A stretch of 64,000 nt of DNA. It comes from Thermodesulfobacteriota bacterium. GTDB lineage: Bacteria > Desulfobacterota_D > UBA1144 > Nemesobacterales > Mycalebacteriaceae. The notes under the pieces are model-generated. The model worked only from the letters and a program-made list of their open reading frames with translations. It was not told where the DNA came from and ran no database searches. Positions 1 to 12,000 of this stretch are shown here, piece after piece (the stretch's first letter is position 1; each line of letters begins with the position of its first letter). A program made the translations under genes and the position numbers. Where the stretch lies: the NCBI GenBank assembly GCA_965226585.1, contig OZ245366.1, positions 544,001 through 608,000 on the forward strand, written 5' to 3'.

Positions 1-3000
1 ACCGTTCTTCAAAACCTTGAACACAGAGGGGCGTGCGGATGCGAGCCCGAAACCGGTGACGGCGCGGGCATTCTGATACAGATACCTCACGGGTTTTTCA
101 GCAAGCAGTGCTCTTCCTCCGGGGCGGAGCTTCCGCCTCCGGGAGACTACGGCGTGTGCATGATGTTTGCCCCCCCGGACGAAAAAGAGAGGGAGAGCGC
201 GCTCAAAACTTTTGAGAAGATAGTGGAAAGCGAGGGGCAGACGGTTATCCACACAAGAGCCGTGCCGACAGACAACTCTTCGCTTGGCAAAACATCAAGA
301 GAGTCTGAGCCGTTTTCATGTCAGATGTTCATAAGGCGCGGCTCATCCACCAAGCCCGGAACGGAGTTTGAAAGGGCTCTGTTTGTCATAAGAAAACAGG
401 CGGAAAAACAGATAAATTCCGAATGGTTCTACGTTTCAAGCATTTCTTCAAAAACCGTTGTCTACAAGGGAATGCTCACCACCGCTCAAGTGCCTCTCTA
501 CTATCCCGACCTTGCGCACGAAAAAATGGAGAGCGCGATAGCCCTTGTGCATTCGCGTTTCAGCACAAACACCACCCCGAACTGGAGCAGGGCGCATCCG
601 TACCGCTTTATTATCCACAACGGCGAGATAAACACCTTGCGCGGAAACACAAACTGGATGCATTCAAGACACCCGATGCTCGGGGCAGACGGCGGGGCTT
701 TCGGCTCAGAACCGGAAAAGGTTTTCCCCCTCACAGAGCAAGACGGAAGCGACAGCGCGGCTTTTGACAACTGCCTTGAACTTCTAACCCTTTGCGGCTT
801 TTCAATAGAGCACGCCGTTATGATGATGGTTCCCGAACCGTGGTTTAAGCACAAAGATATGGACGAAGCGGCGCGGGCGTTTTACAGGTATCACGGCTGT
901 CTGATGGAGCCGTGGGACGGTCCCGCGTCCGTTTGCTTTACAGACGGCGAAAAGGTTGGAGCCGTGCTTGACAGAAACGGGCTTCGCCCCGGCAGGTACT
1001 ACGTTACAACCGACGACACGGTGATACTTTCCTCTGAAGTCGGCGTTCTTCCGGTCGCGCCCGAAAAGGTGGTCTCAAAAGGGCGGCTTGAGCCGGGGCG
1101 GATGCTTCTGGTTGACACTCGCGAAGGCAGAATAGTGGAAGACGGGGAAATAAAATCCGGTCTTTCAGAAGCGTTTCCCTACAAGAAATGGACTGACGAG
1201 CACATGGTTAATCTGTCTGCCGTAGGGCCCGCGCCCGCAAGGGAAAACGGGATCGCGCCCTCAGACATTCTGATTCAGCAAAAGATATTCGGATACACAT
1301 TTGAGGAGATACGGATACTGCTTGAGCCGATGGCTCTAAACGGCGTGGAGCCGGTGGGGGCGATGGGCAAAGACGTTCCGCTCGCGGTTCTTTCCGAAAG
1401 ACCCAAACTGCTCTACAACTACTTCAATCAACTCTTCGCGCAGGTTACAAACCCGCCCATAGACTCAATCAGAGAGGAGATTGTTACGGCGTCAAACATG
1501 AATCTGGGCGCGATGGGAAACCTGTTCAGCCCCGCCCCGGACAGTTGCAAAGTGATACAGATAGACAGCCCGATTTTATCAGGCGGCGAGATGGAAAAGA
1601 TTCGCAACCTTTCGGGCGGTTTCAAATCAGCCGTGCTGGAAAGTTTTTTTGACCCCGGCGGCGGCGGAAAATCGCTTGAATCAGCCCTTGAGGAGATGTT
1701 CTCAAAAGCCGATGAAGCGGTGCGGGGCGGCGCGAATGTGCTGATAATTTCAGACCGGGGAGCCGGAAAGGGAAAATGCCCCGTCCCCGCGCTTCTTGCC
1801 ACGGGCGGGCTTCACCACCACATGATACGGAGCGGAAACCGGATGAAGGCAAGCATAGTTGTTGAGTCGGGAGAGCCGAGAGAGGTTCATCACTTTGCCC
1901 TGCTTATAGGCTACGGCGCTTCGGCGGTCAACCCGTATCTGGCTTTTGAAACCCTTGCCGATATGAAACGTTCGGGCGCGCTTGCAATAGAACTTGATGA
2001 CGCTTACAAAAACTACATCACGGGAATGACAAAGGGGATAGTCAAAATAATGTCGAAAATGGGCATCTCCACCGTGCAGAGTTATCACGGGGCGCAGATT
2101 TTTGAGGCTCTTGGTCTTTCAGACGAACTTGTGGACAGATACTTCACCCGCACACAGTCGCGGATAGGCGGAATAGGCATAGATATTGTTGCCGAAGAGG
2201 CGGCGCAGAGATACGCAAAGGCGTTTCCCGAACGCGGAGATTCGTCTGCCGAACCGCTTGAAGAGGGCGGCGTTTACCAGTGGAGGCGCGAGGGCGAGGC
2301 GCATATGTACAGCCCGAAAACTGTTCACACCTTGCAGAGGGCTTGCCGCACGGGAGATTTCTCGATGTTTGAAAAGTTTTCAGAACTCGTGGGAAATGAG
2401 GAGCGCGCGCATTTCACCTTGAGGGGAATGCTTGATTTCAAGTTTCAGAAAAACCCCGTTCCGCTTGAAGAGGTGGAGCCGGAAGAGGAAATACTCAGGC
2501 GTTTCAAAACGGGCGCGATGTCTTACGGCTCCATAAGCGCGGAAGCGCACGAGAGCCTTGCCATAGCGATGAACAGAGTGGGCGGCAAAAGCAACACCGG
2601 GGAAGGCGGGGAAGACACCCGCAGGTGGACGCCCGATGAAAACGGCGACCTGCGCCGGAGCGCGATAAAACAGGTGGCTTCGGGCAGATTCGGTGTTACG
2701 GGCGAGTATCTTGCCAACTCCGATGAGATACAGATAAAAATGGCGCAGGGCGCGAAGCCCGGCGAGGGCGGACAGCTTCCGGGCAAAAAGGTGTACCCGT
2801 GGATAGCCAAAGTGCGTCTTTCCACTCCCGGAGTGGGTCTAATATCACCGCCGCCTCACCACGACATCTACTCCATTGAAGACCTCGCGGAATTGATATA
2901 CGACCTTAAAAACTCAAATCCCGCAGCGCGGGTGAACGTCAAACTCGTTTCAGAGGCGGGCGTGGGAACCATCGCGGCGGGTGTTGCCAAAGGGCACGCC

Positions 3001-4458
3001 GATGTGATTCTGGTAAGCGGAAATGACGGCGGCACGGGCGCGTCTCCCCAGAACAGCATTCAATACGCCGGGCTTCCGTGGGAACTCGGCGTTAGCGAAA
3101 CGCACCAGACCCTTCTTCTGAACAACCTCAGAAGCCGCGTGGTTCTTGAGACGGACGGGCATATGAAAACCGGCAGAGACGTTGCCATCGCCGCGCTTCT
3201 GGGAGCCGAGGAATACGGGTTTTCAACCTCTCCGCTTATCGCGCTCGGCTGTATAATGATGAGGGTTTGCCATCTGGACACCTGCCCCGTAGGCGTGGCG
3301 ACACAAAACCCCTCACTCCGCGAAAAATTCACCGGAGACCCCGCCCATGTGGTCAACTTCATGCGTTTTGTCGCCCGCCAGATGCGGCAGATTATGGCAC
3401 AGCTGGGCTTCCGCACGATGAATGAAATGATAGGCAGAACAGACAAACTGAAAGCCGTAAAGCCCGAAGGGCACTGGAAGGCGGCGGATATTAATCTGGA
3501 CGCGATACTGCACCGCCCTGATGTTCCCGCAAACTACGGAACCTACTGTCAGATTAAACAGGATCACGGCATAGGCGAGAGTCTTGACATGACAAAACTG
3601 CTGAAAATCTGCGCTCCGGCGATAGAAAGGCGCGAAAAGGTTGAGGCGTCTGTCGCCATAAAAAACACAGACCGCACGGCGGGCACGATAGTTGGCAATA
3701 AAATATCATCCGCCTACGGATCTTCTTCTCTTGATGACGACACCGTTACGCTAAAATTCAGCGGCTCTGCGGGGCAGAGTTTCGCGGCTTTTGTTCCGAA
3801 AGGGATGACCATGCTTCTTGAAGGTGATTCAAACGACTACATCGGCAAAGGGCTTTCGGGTGGAAAGGTGGCGGTTTTTCCGCCGAAGCAGTCAACCTTT
3901 GCGGCTGAAGAAAACGTGATAACCGGCAACGTGGCTTTCTACGGGGCGACTGCGGGCGAGGCGTACATACGCGGGGCGGCTGGAGAGCGTTTTTGCGTGA
4001 GAAACAGCGGTGTGGACGCCGTTGTTGAAGGCGTGGGAGACCATGCGTGCGAGTACATGACCGGAGGCCGTGTGGCGGTTCTCGGCTCTGCGGGCAGGAA
4101 CTTCGCGGCGGGAATGTCGGGCGGGGTGGCTTATGTTTTTGACGAAAGCGGGGATTTTGAGGAGAAAAAGTGCAACACTCAGGTGGTTTCCGTCTCATCT
4201 GTTCCGCCCGAAGACGGCAAGTCTCTCAAAACGATGATTATGCGCCATCTCCAGTACACCGGAAGCACAGTTGCCGAAAGGATTTTGAGCGACTGGGAGG
4301 CGTCTTTGAGCAGGTTCGTCAAGGTAACGCCCAACGACTACAAAAGGATGCTTGACTCCATCAAAAGAGTGGAAGACAGGGGTCTCAGCGGAGAGGAGGC
4401 GCTTATGGCGGCGTTTGAGGAAAACATCAAAGATGCGTCCCGCGTAAGCGGCAATTAG
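1..4458 (+). CDS. gltB: Glutamate synthase large subunit (5'-partial; frame is open from base 1)
   Basis: Frame +1 from base 1 reads [23 protein letters not shown]; motifs [41 protein letters not shown] (3Fe-4S) and C-terminal GXGXG domain. Confidence 0.98.
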   Translation, partial: TVLQNLEHRGACGCEPETGDGAGILIQIPHGFFSKQCSSSGAELPPPGDYGVCMMFAPPDEKERESALKTFEKIVESEGQTVIHTRAVPTDNSSLGKTSRESEPFSCQMFIRRGSSTKPGTEFERALFVIRKQAEKQINSEWFYVSSISSKTVVYKGMLTTAQVPLYYPDLAHEKMESAIALVHSRFSTNTTPNWSRAHPYRFIIHNGEINTLRGNTNWMHSRHPMLGADGGAFGSEPEKVFPLTEQDGSDSAAFDNCLELLTLCGFSIEHAVMMMVPEPWFKHKDMDEAARAFYRYHGCLMEPWDGPASVCFTDGEKVGAVLDRNGLRPGRYYVTTDDTVILSSEVGVLPVAPEKVVSKGRLEPGRMLLVDTREGRIVEDGEIKSGLSEAFPYKKWTDEHMVNLSAVGPAPARENGIAPSDILIQQKIFGYTFEEIRILLEPMALNGVEPVGAMGKDVPLAVLSERPKLLYNYFNQLFAQVTNPPIDSIREEIVTASNMNLGAMGNLFSPAPDSCKVIQIDSPILSGGEMEKIRNLSGGFKSAVLESFFDPGGGGKSLESALEEMFSKADEAVRGGANVLIISDRGAGKGKCPVPALLATGGLHHHMIRSGNRMKASIVVESGEPREVHHFALLIGYGASAVNPYLAFETLADMKRSGALAIELDDAYKNYITGMTKGIVKIMSKMGISTVQSYHGAQIFEALGLSDELVDRYFTRTQSRIGGIGIDIVAEEAAQRYAKAFPERGDSSAEPLEEGGVYQWRREGEAHMYSPKTVHTLQRACRTGDFSMFEKFSELVGNEERAHFTLRGMLDFKFQKNPVPLEEVEPEEEILRRFKTGAMSYGSISAEAHESLAIAMNRVGGKSNTGEGGEDTRRWTPDENGDLRRSAIKQVASGRFGVTGEYLANSDEIQIKMAQGAKPGEGGQLPGKKVYPWIAKVRLSTPGVGLISPPPHHDIYSIEDLAELIYDLKNSNPAARVNVKLVSEAGVGTIAAGVAKGHADVILVSGNDGGTGASPQNSIQYAGLPWELGVSETHQTLLLNNLRSRVVLETDGHMKTGRDVAIAALLGAEEYGFSTSPLIALGCIMMRVCHLDTCPVGVATQNPSLREKFTGDPAHVVNFMRFVARQMRQIMAQLGFRTMNEMIGRTDKLKAVKPEGHWKAADINLDAILHRPDVPANYGTYCQIKQDHGIGESLDMTKLLKICAPAIERREKVEASVAIKNTDRTAGTIVGNKISSAYGSSSLDDDTVTLKFSGSAGQSFAAFVPKGMTMLLEGDSNDYIGKGLSGGKVAVFPPKQSTFAAEENVITGNVAFYGATAGEAYIRGAAGERFCVRNSGVDAVVEGVGDHACEYMTGGRVAVLGSAGRNFAAGMSGGVAYVFDESGDFEEKKCNTQVVSVSSVPPEDGKSLKTMIMRHLQYTGSTVAERILSDWEASLSRFVKVTPNDYKRMLDSIKRVEDRGLSGEEALMAAFEENIKDASRVSGN

Positions 4459-4466
4459 GAGAAACA

Positions 4467-5948
4467 ATGGGAAACCCTACAGGATTTATGCTCCACAACA
4501 GGAGAACGGGAAAAGACCGAGACCCTTCCGAAAGAGTTTCGGACTGGGATGAGTTTCACGGTCATCTTTCAGAAAAAGACCTTGGCGTTCAGGGTTCAAG
4601 ATGTATGGACTGCGGAGTGCCGTTTTGCCAGACGGGCGATATTCTCGCCGGAATGGCGACCGGGTGCCCGGTCTACAACCTGATTCCCGAATGGAACGAC
4701 CTTGTCTACAAGGGCAAATGGCGCGAGGCTCTCGGCAGGCTTCACAAAACCAACAACTTTCCGGAATTCACCGGCAGGGTTTGCCCCGCGCCGTGCGAAG
4801 GTTCCTGTGTTCTCGGCATAAACGAGCCGCCGGTAACCATCAAGGCGATAGAGTGCGCGATAGTGGACAAGGGCTTTGAGGAGGGCTGGATAGTTCCCGA
4901 ACCTCCCTCCCGCCGCACGGGTAAAAAAGTGGCGGTTGTGGGCTCCGGTCCCGCCGGGCTTGCGTGCGCGGCGCAACTGAACAAAGCCGGACACAGCGTT
5001 GTTGTCTATGAGAGAGACGACCGCATTGGCGGTCTTTTGATGTACGGGATTCCCAATCCGCACCTTGACAAAAAGGTTGTGGAAAGGCGGGTGGACATTC
5101 TCAAACGGGAAGGCGTTGAGTTTGTCGTGAGCACGGAGATTGGAAAAGACATAGAGCCTCGAGACCTTGTGAGGGATAACGATGCGGTTGTTATCTGCAG
5201 CGGGGCGACAAAGCCCAGAGACCTTGACGTTGAGGGCAGAAAATCAGAGGGCGTGTATTTCGCGATGGATTTTTTGCGGGGAAACACAAAAAAGCTTCTG
5301 GACAGCGGCTTCAAAACCGCGGGTGACATATCCGCCGAGGGCAAAGACGTTATCGTTCTGGGTGGCGGAGACACCGGAACGGACTGTGTTGCGACCTCAA
5401 TGAGGCACGGATGCAAGAGTCTTCTGCAGTTTGAGATACTTCCCATGCCTCCCGAAAAAAGGGGCGCGGAAAACCCCTGGCCCCAGTGGCCCAGAGTGTA
5501 CAAACTGGACTACGGGCAGGAAGAGGCGATGGCAAAGTTCGGCGGCGACCCGCGCAAATACCGCGTTCTCACAAAAAGCATTGAAACGGGCGGCGGCAGA
5601 GTAAAAGGGCTTAACACCGTGCGTATAGAGTGGAAACAGTCTGCGGACGGGCGTATGGAGATAGAGGAACAGCCCGGAACGGAAGAGTTTTTCCCCGCCC
5701 AGCTGGTTCTGCTCGCGCTCGGGTTTCTGGGTCCCGAACAGGGGCTGATAGACAAACTGGGCTTGGATAAAGACGACCGCTCCAACATCAACGCTCAATA
5801 CGGCAAGTATCAGACCAGTGTTGAAAAAGTGTTTGCCGCCGGAGACGCGAGAAGAGGGCAGAGTCTTGTTGTGTGGGCGATAAACGAGGGGCGCGAAGCC
5901 GCCAGAGAGTGCGACCGCTACCTTATGGGTTCAACCGAACTCCCTTGA
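4467..5948 (+). CDS. gltD: Glutamate synthase small subunit
   Basis: RCMDCGVPFC, NNFPEFTGRVCPAPCE, GSGPAG, GGGDTG, GDARRGQSLVVWAI; directly follows gltB. Confidence 0.97.
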   Translation: MGNPTGFMLHNRRTGKDRDPSERVSDWDEFHGHLSEKDLGVQGSRCMDCGVPFCQTGDILAGMATGCPVYNLIPEWNDLVYKGKWREALGRLHKTNNFPEFTGRVCPAPCEGSCVLGINEPPVTIKAIECAIVDKGFEEGWIVPEPPSRRTGKKVAVVGSGPAGLACAAQLNKAGHSVVVYERDDRIGGLLMYGIPNPHLDKKVVERRVDILKREGVEFVVSTEIGKDIEPRDLVRDNDAVVICSGATKPRDLDVEGRKSEGVYFAMDFLRGNTKKLLDSGFKTAGDISAEGKDVIVLGGGDTGTDCVATSMRHGCKSLLQFEILPMPPEKRGAENPWPQWPRVYKLDYGQEEAMAKFGGDPRKYRVLTKSIETGGGRVKGLNTVRIEWKQSADGRMEIEEQPGTEEFFPAQLVLLALGFLGPEQGLIDKLGLDKDDRSNINAQYGKYQTSVEKVFAAGDARRGQSLVVWAINEGREAARECDRYLMGSTELP

Positions 5949-5950
5949 CT

Positions 5951-7141
5951 ATGAAAGACTTGACCCCCACAGAGCAACTTGAGATTATCAAGAGGGGCGC
6001 AGACAATGTTGTCTCCGACTCTGAACTTATTGACAAGTTGAGCAAGACCCGACCCCTGCGCGTCAAAGCCGGATTTGACCCCACCGCGCCCGACCTTCAC
6101 CTTGGGCATTGTGTTCTTTTGAAGAAACTGAGGGATTTTCAAGATCTGGGGCACACGGTTGTTTTTCTCATAGGCGATTTCACGGCGCAGATAGGCGATC
6201 CAAGCGGCAGGGCGGACGAGAGACCTCTTCTTTCTCCCGAAGACATAAAGAAAAACGCGCAAACCTACAAAAGCCAGGTTTTTCCCATACTGAACAAAGA
6301 GCAGACCGAAGTGCGTTTCAACTCGGAATGGCATTCCGGCATGAGTTCGGAAGACCTTTTGCGCCTTGCGTCAATGGCGAATGTTGCCAATTTGCTTGAA
6401 AGGGATGACTTCAAAACCCGCTACAAGGCGGGAAAACCCATATCAATAAAGGAGTTTCTCTATCCGCTGATACAGGCGTATGACTCTGTTGCCCTTGAGG
6501 CGGATGTTGAGATAGGCGGCACAGACCAGACTTTTAATCTTTTGCTTGGCAGAGAGGTGCAGAAGCGGTTTAATCAGCCTCAGCAGGCGGCGGTTTTTCT
6601 GCCCATACTTGAAGGGCTTGACGGCGTGAACAAGATGTCAAAATCGCTTGGCAATTACATAGCGGTAAAAGACACGCCTGAGGATGTGTTTGCAAAGGTT
6701 ATGTCTGTTTCCGATGAGATGATGTGGAGATATTACGACCTGCTCAGTTCAAAGACTGCGGATGAGGTTAAGGGTTTGAAAAAAGAGCATCCTATGGACG
6801 CGAAAAAGACGCTTGCGTTTGAGATAACGGCGTGGCTGAACGGTGAAAAAGAGGCAAAACAGGCGGAAGGCGCGTTTGCGGGCAAGTTTTCAAAAAGGGA
6901 GTTTCCCGAAGATGCTCCTGAAAAAGAGGTTTCACGCGGAAATATAAAGACGGTTCTTGATTTCGCGGTTGAGGTTTCGGATTCGCTGAAAAGCAGGGCG
7001 GAGGCGAAACGTCTGATAGCGCAGGGCGGATTGACAATAAACGGCGAGAAGTATTCCGACCACGGCGCAAACGCGCCTGAGGGAGAGGTTTTTGAGGTTA
7101 AAATTGGGAAGAAGGAGTTTGTGAGGGCGCGGGTGGGGTGA
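5951..7141 (+). CDS. tyrS: Tyrosine--tRNA ligase
   Basis: GFDPTAPDLHLGH, EIGGTDQTFN, KMSKS, C-terminal S4-like domain; ATG at 5951 just after the gltD stop. Confidence 0.97.
   Translation: MKDLTPTEQLEIIKRGADNVVSDSELIDKLSKTRPLRVKAGFDPTAPDLHLGHCVLLKKLRDFQDLGHTVVFLIGDFTAQIGDPSGRADERPLLSPEDIKKNAQTYKSQVFPILNKEQTEVRFNSEWHSGMSSEDLLRLASMANVANLLERDDFKTRYKAGKPISIKEFLYPLIQAYDSVALEADVEIGGTDQTFNLLLGREVQKRFNQPQQAAVFLPILEGLDGVNKMSKSLGNYIAVKDTPEDVFAKVMSVSDEMMWRYYDLLSSKTADEVKGLKKEHPMDAKKTLAFEITAWLNGEKEAKQAEGAFAGKFSKREFPEDAPEKEVSRGNIKTVLDFAVEVSDSLKSRAEAKRLIAQGGLTINGEKYSDHGANAPEGEVFEVKIGKKEFVRARVG
7103..7135 (+). repeat. Direct repeat copy 1 (33 bp, 3' end of tyrS)
   Basis: attgggaagaaggagtttgtgagggcgcgggtg, identical to 8997-9029. 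Confidence 0.95.
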
Positions 7142-7180
7142 ATCTGTTATATTAGACAGCAACGGGAGACACGCCCAGAT

Positions 7181-8077
7181 ATGAAAACGCCCGCCATTCC
7201 GCATTTTTACCGCCAGAGATTGTTGCTTGCTCTTATAAGAGAGTTTGAAGGCGACATGAACAGAACCGATCTTCATAAACGCCTTTTCCTGTTTATGCGG
7301 GAAGAGGGGCGCAGTGAATACGAGTTTTTTCCTTACAAATACGGTTGCTGGTCAATGAACTGCGACAACGACCTGCAGAGATTGTCCCGGTTAGGATGGC
7401 TTGAGACGGGTGATAACGTCAGGGCGACAAAAACTGATACTCCGCCGGATTTAATAAAAGAGTCCGATTGGGAGAAGTTAAAAAGTTTTGCGGACGGAAT
7501 AAGGGGCTGGAGTTATAAGGATTTAATAAAACATGTTTATACGGAGCATCCCTATTACGCGATTAACAGTAACATAGCGGAAGAATATCTTTCCGGTGAT
7601 GAATTAGAAGTTGTTAAACAAAATCGTCCGTCCGCGCAGGGCAGGGCTTTATACACTATCGGATATGAGGGCATATCGTTTGAGCGATATGTCAACCGCC
7701 TTATAGAGAACGATATAAAGTTGCTTTGTGATGTGCGTAAAAATCCTCTGAGCAGAAAGACGGGTTTTTCCAGAGGAACATTGCAGAGTTTGTTACCAAA
7801 AGTCGGGATTGAGTATGTTCATATTCCGGAACTCGGTATTGAAGGCGGCATGAGGCGCAACTTGGAAACAGTGGATGACTATAAAAAGCTTTTCAGAGGA
7901 TATACGCGCACGCTTCCCGGGCGGGAAAAATGGCTGTTTGATATTTCCGGATTGGTAAAAGAGCACGAGCGGGTTGCCTTGACGTGTTTTGAATCCGACC
8001 CCCGGATGTGTCACAGGAGTTGTGTCAGCGATTACATTTCCACACTGGAACCTAAATTAAACATAGAGCATATTTGA
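7181..8077 (+). CDS. DUF488-family protein with N-terminal Panacea/SocA-like (wHTH-type) domain
   Basis: C-half has TIGYEG, LCDVRKNPLSRK, YVHIPELG, TCFESDPRMCHRS (DUF488 pattern); N-half has LHKRLFL...YEFFPYKYGCWS. Confidence 0.75.
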   Translation: MKTPAIPHFYRQRLLLALIREFEGDMNRTDLHKRLFLFMREEGRSEYEFFPYKYGCWSMNCDNDLQRLSRLGWLETGDNVRATKTDTPPDLIKESDWEKLKSFADGIRGWSYKDLIKHVYTEHPYYAINSNIAEEYLSGDELEVVKQNRPSAQGRALYTIGYEGISFERYVNRLIENDIKLLCDVRKNPLSRKTGFSRGTLQSLLPKVGIEYVHIPELGIEGGMRRNLETVDDYKKLFRGYTRTLPGREKWLFDISGLVKEHERVALTCFESDPRMCHRSCVSDYISTLEPKLNIEHI

Positions 8078-8904
8078 TGCCGAAAGAGCGAATTTTTATT
8101 ACAGTCAAAACTTATCCCGCCATATCGAAAAAATATGACGAGTTGGTCTGCACAGCCGGCATTCGTGAAAACGGGAATTGGGTGCGGATATACCCCGTTC
8201 CATTCAGGAAACTTGGTCAAGACGACAGATACAAGAAATACCAGTGGGTGGAGATAGACCTTCAAAAGAACACAAGTGACAAAAGGCCTGAAAGCTTCAG
8301 CCCCACAGATATTGAGAATATTGAAGTCGGGGATTTTATTGATACAGGCGACGGTTGGAAAGAAAGAAAAAAGATTATCTTTCAAAACCAGACCGCTTAC
8401 ACAAATCTTGAGGAGATTATTGGCGAAGCAAACAGAAATGAACTTTCAATTGTAATTTTCAAGCCTTCAGAAATTAAAGGTTTTATGGTTGAAGAATCTG
8501 ACCCTGAGTGGTCTGAAGAGAGGATAAAACTTCTTGAGGCAAGAGCCGGACAGAAAACTCTTTTCTCTTATCCCGGTGATATTGTCAAAAAGTTCAAGAG
8601 GGTTTCCAAACTGCCTTATAAATTTTCCTACAAGTTCTGTGACGACACGGGTAAAGAATCCACTTTGATGATAGAGGATTGGGAGATAGGGGCTCTTTAC
8701 TGGAACTGTTTGGAAGACAGCGGGGGAGATAAAGAGATTGCCGTTCAAAAAGTGCGAGAGAAGTATGAGCGGGAAATGCTTCAAAAGGATTTATATTTCT
8801 TTCTGGGGACAACAAAAGAGCACCACGGGCGGGCACACAATCCGTTTGTTATTATCGGGATTTTCTATCCGCCGAAAGAGAGTCAGAAGTCTTTTGGCTA
8901 TTAG
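8074..8904 (+). CDS. Conserved hypothetical protein, DUF488 partner (possibly OB-fold-like)
   Basis: 276 aa ORF overlapping the DUF488 stop; N-terminus ITVKTYP...ELVCTAGI...WVRIYPV. Confidence 0.7.
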   Translation: MMPKERIFITVKTYPAISKKYDELVCTAGIRENGNWVRIYPVPFRKLGQDDRYKKYQWVEIDLQKNTSDKRPESFSPTDIENIEVGDFIDTGDGWKERKKIIFQNQTAYTNLEEIIGEANRNELSIVIFKPSEIKGFMVEESDPEWSEERIKLLEARAGQKTLFSYPGDIVKKFKRVSKLPYKFSYKFCDDTGKESTLMIEDWEIGALYWNCLEDSGGDKEIAVQKVREKYEREMLQKDLYFFLGTTKEHHGRAHNPFVIIGIFYPPKESQKSFGY

Positions 8905-8996
8905 TTGTAGATTGCCGGGTGGAAAATAAAGAAGTAGAAGGGGTAAGTGTAGAGTTGGGGTTTGAAGAGGGTTAGTGAGAGAGTTTTGAAGTTAAG

Positions 8997-9029
8997 ATTG
9001 GGAAGAAGGAGTTTGTGAGGGCGCGGGTG
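8997..9029 (+). repeat. Direct repeat copy 2: displaced tyrS 3' end remnant
   Basis: Identical 33 bp; 8979-9035 translates ESFEVKIGKKEFVRARVK* versus tyrS EVFEVKIGKKEFVRARVG*. Confidence 0.93.
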
Positions 9030-9045
9030 AAATAAAAGGGTTTAA

Positions 9046-12000
9046 TCATTCAGCCCATTCATCTGCGAGCAGTTCCGCTTGTTCAAGTATTCTTTCCGTT
9101 GCAATCAACTCTTCATCCGGCGGATAGCCGTATTTTCTTAAAAGCCGTTTTACAATCGTTCTTAATTTCGACCGCACACTTTCTTTTATTGTCCAGTCAA
9201 TAGAGGTGTTTTGTTTCACCTTGTTCACAAGCATACGGGCGAGTTCCCTTAAATTTTCGTCTTTCATCACTTCTTTCGCGCTCTCGTTCATAACCAGCGC
9301 GTCATAGAAAGCGACTTCATCATTTGACAGACCCATTTCTCCGGCTTTTTCATCGGAAGCCCTTATTTCCCGCGCCATTGATATTAATTTGTCCAGAATT
9401 TCCGCCGCCGTCAGCAGATTGTTTTTGTATCTTCTGATAGCCGTTTCAAGCATTTCGGAAAACTTTCTGCTCTGCGCCAGATTTTGCTTCGTTCTCTGTT
9501 TTATTTCGTCTCCGAGTATTCTTTTAAGCAGTTCCAGAGCAAGGTTTTTGTGCTTCATCCCTTTTATTTCTTCAAGGAAACTGTCTGAAAGAATTGATAT
9601 GTCGGGTTTTTTTATTCCTGCGGCGTCAAATATGTCAATAACGCCGTCCACAACAACGGCTCTGTCAACTATCTGCCTGATAGCCGTTTCAATTTCAGAG
9701 TCGCTTTTGCCGCTTCCCGTCCGGCTGAATTTGGCAAGGCGCGCTTTTACCGCCTGAAAAAATCCAACCTCAGCTTTTATTTCAATCGCTCTGCGGTCGG
9801 GAATTGACATGGCAAACGCTTTTGACAGTGAATTAACCTCTCCGGAAAACCTTTCTTCTCCGTTTTCCAGAGACAGAATATATTCCTCAGATTCCAGAAT
9901 TAATTCCAGTTTTCTTCCGGTTTCCGCCGTGAAATACTCCCCGTAGTCAAAACGGTCAAACATTGCCTTAACCACCTCGTATTTTTCCAGCATCACCTTC
10001 ACCGCGTCTTTCTGTTCAAACGCGGGTTTTCCCTTGCCGCCGCTTTTTGTGTAGGAGGAGAGGGCGAGTTTCAAATCAGACGCTATGCCGATATAGTCAA
10101 CAACCAGACCGCCTTCCTTGTCTTTATAAACCCTGTTCACCCGCGCTATTGCCTGCATCAGGTTGTGTCCGCTCATTATTTTGTCGATATAAATGGTGTC
10201 CAGACACGGGGCGTCAAAACCCGTCAGCCACATATCGCGCACAATCACAATTTGCAAAGGGTCCGAAGGGTCAACGAACCTTTTTCTCATTCTTTTTCTT
10301 TCGTCTTTTGTTGTCGCGTGGTTCCGCCACTCGTGCGGGTCGCTTGCCGCTGAGGTCATAATAACCTTCACAGCCCCTTTGTTTTTGTCATCGTGATGCC
10401 ATTCGGGGCGGCGCGAGATGATTTCGTCATACATTGCAACGGCGATTTTGCGGCTTGTGGCAACTATCATCGCCTTGCCCTCGCATGCTTCCCGCCTTGC
10501 GTCAAAATGTTTCAGGATATCCTCCACAACGGTTTTCCGGCGGTCTTTGTGTCCGATAATGGCTTCCTGCCGTGTCCATTTTGCTTTGGCTTTGTCAGCG
10601 TCCGTTGATTCTCTGTTTTCAACGATTGATTCAATTTCCGTGTCCAGTTCTTCTTTTTCCTCTTCTTTGAGGTGAACTTCAACAAGGCGCGATTCGTAAT
10701 AAATCGGCACTGTCGCCCCGTCTTCAACCGCTTGTTCTATGTCATAAACGTCTATGTAGTTTCCGAAAACAGCCGGTGTTGAAATATCCTCTCTTTCAAT
10801 CGGTGTTCCCGTAAAGCCCACAAAAGAGGCGTTTGGCAGAGCGTCTCTAAGATATTTCGCAAATCCGTAATTAGTTTTCACCCCGTCTTTAACAAAATGG
10901 GTTTTTGCCCCGAATCCGTATTGACTGCGGTGCGCTTCGTCCGCTATGACAACTATGTTTTTTCTTTCGGAGAGGAGTTCAAATGTTTCGCCGCCGTCTT
11001 CGGGTGAAAACTTTTGAATAGTTGAAAAAACCACACCGCCGCCTTTTACTTTCAGCAATTCTTTCAGACTTCTGCGGCTGTCCGCCTGCACGGGGTCTTG
11101 TCTGAGAAGTGATTGCCCGGCGGCGAAAGATTCAAACAATTGTCCGTCAAGGTCGTTGCGGTCTGTAATAACAACAACTGTCGGGTTTGCCATTTTCGGA
11201 TTTATAACGAGCAGTCCGGCATAAAACAGCATAGACAGGGATTTTCCGCTTCCCTGTGTGTGCCATACCACACCCGCCCTGCAATCTCCCTGTTTTTGCT
11301 CTCTGATATCCGGCAACCCGTATTCCCCCGGCGCTTCATCCGCTTCGTCCATTTTTTCGCCGGAAGCTCTGATTGTGGAATTAACGGCTCTTTTTACGGC
11401 GTGATACTGGTGATAGGCGGCTATTTTCTTTTCTTTTTCTATGGTTATCGCCTGTGTTTCGCTGTCTTCCTTCTTTGTTTTTTCAAACACGGTGAAGTGG
11501 CGTATCAGGTCGAGCAGAACATCGGGGCGGAGCATACCTTTTATAAGGGTTTCAATTTGCGGTGTTGTGGCGGAGTTTTCTTTTTTCCCGTCAACGGTTT
11601 TCCATGCCATAAAGCGAGATTCGCCGGAAGTGATAGACCCGGCTTTTGCTTCAAGCCCGTCTGATGCGACAAGAACGCCGTTATAGCGGAACAGTCCCGG
11701 AATGGCTTTTTTATAGGTTTGCAGTTGTTCAAACGCTTTTTGAACGGTTGCGTTTTCATCCGCAGGGTTTTTAAGTTCTATCACCGCAAGCGGCAGACCG
11801 TTCACAAACAGCAGAACATCGGGGCGTTTGGTTATGTTGTTTTCCTTAACGGAGAACTGATTACAGACGGCAAAGTCGTTATTTTGTATATTTTCAAAAT
11901 CAATCAGGCAGACACTTGCCCCAACCGTGTCGCCGTCTTTCTGGTATTCATCCTTAACGCCCTCAACAAGCCATTTGTAGAACGTCTCGTTGCTTTCTAT

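Noticed and set aside
154..156. ORF-track start of gltB
   Set aside because: The frame is open back to base 1 with conserved GltB sequence; the true start is outside the window.
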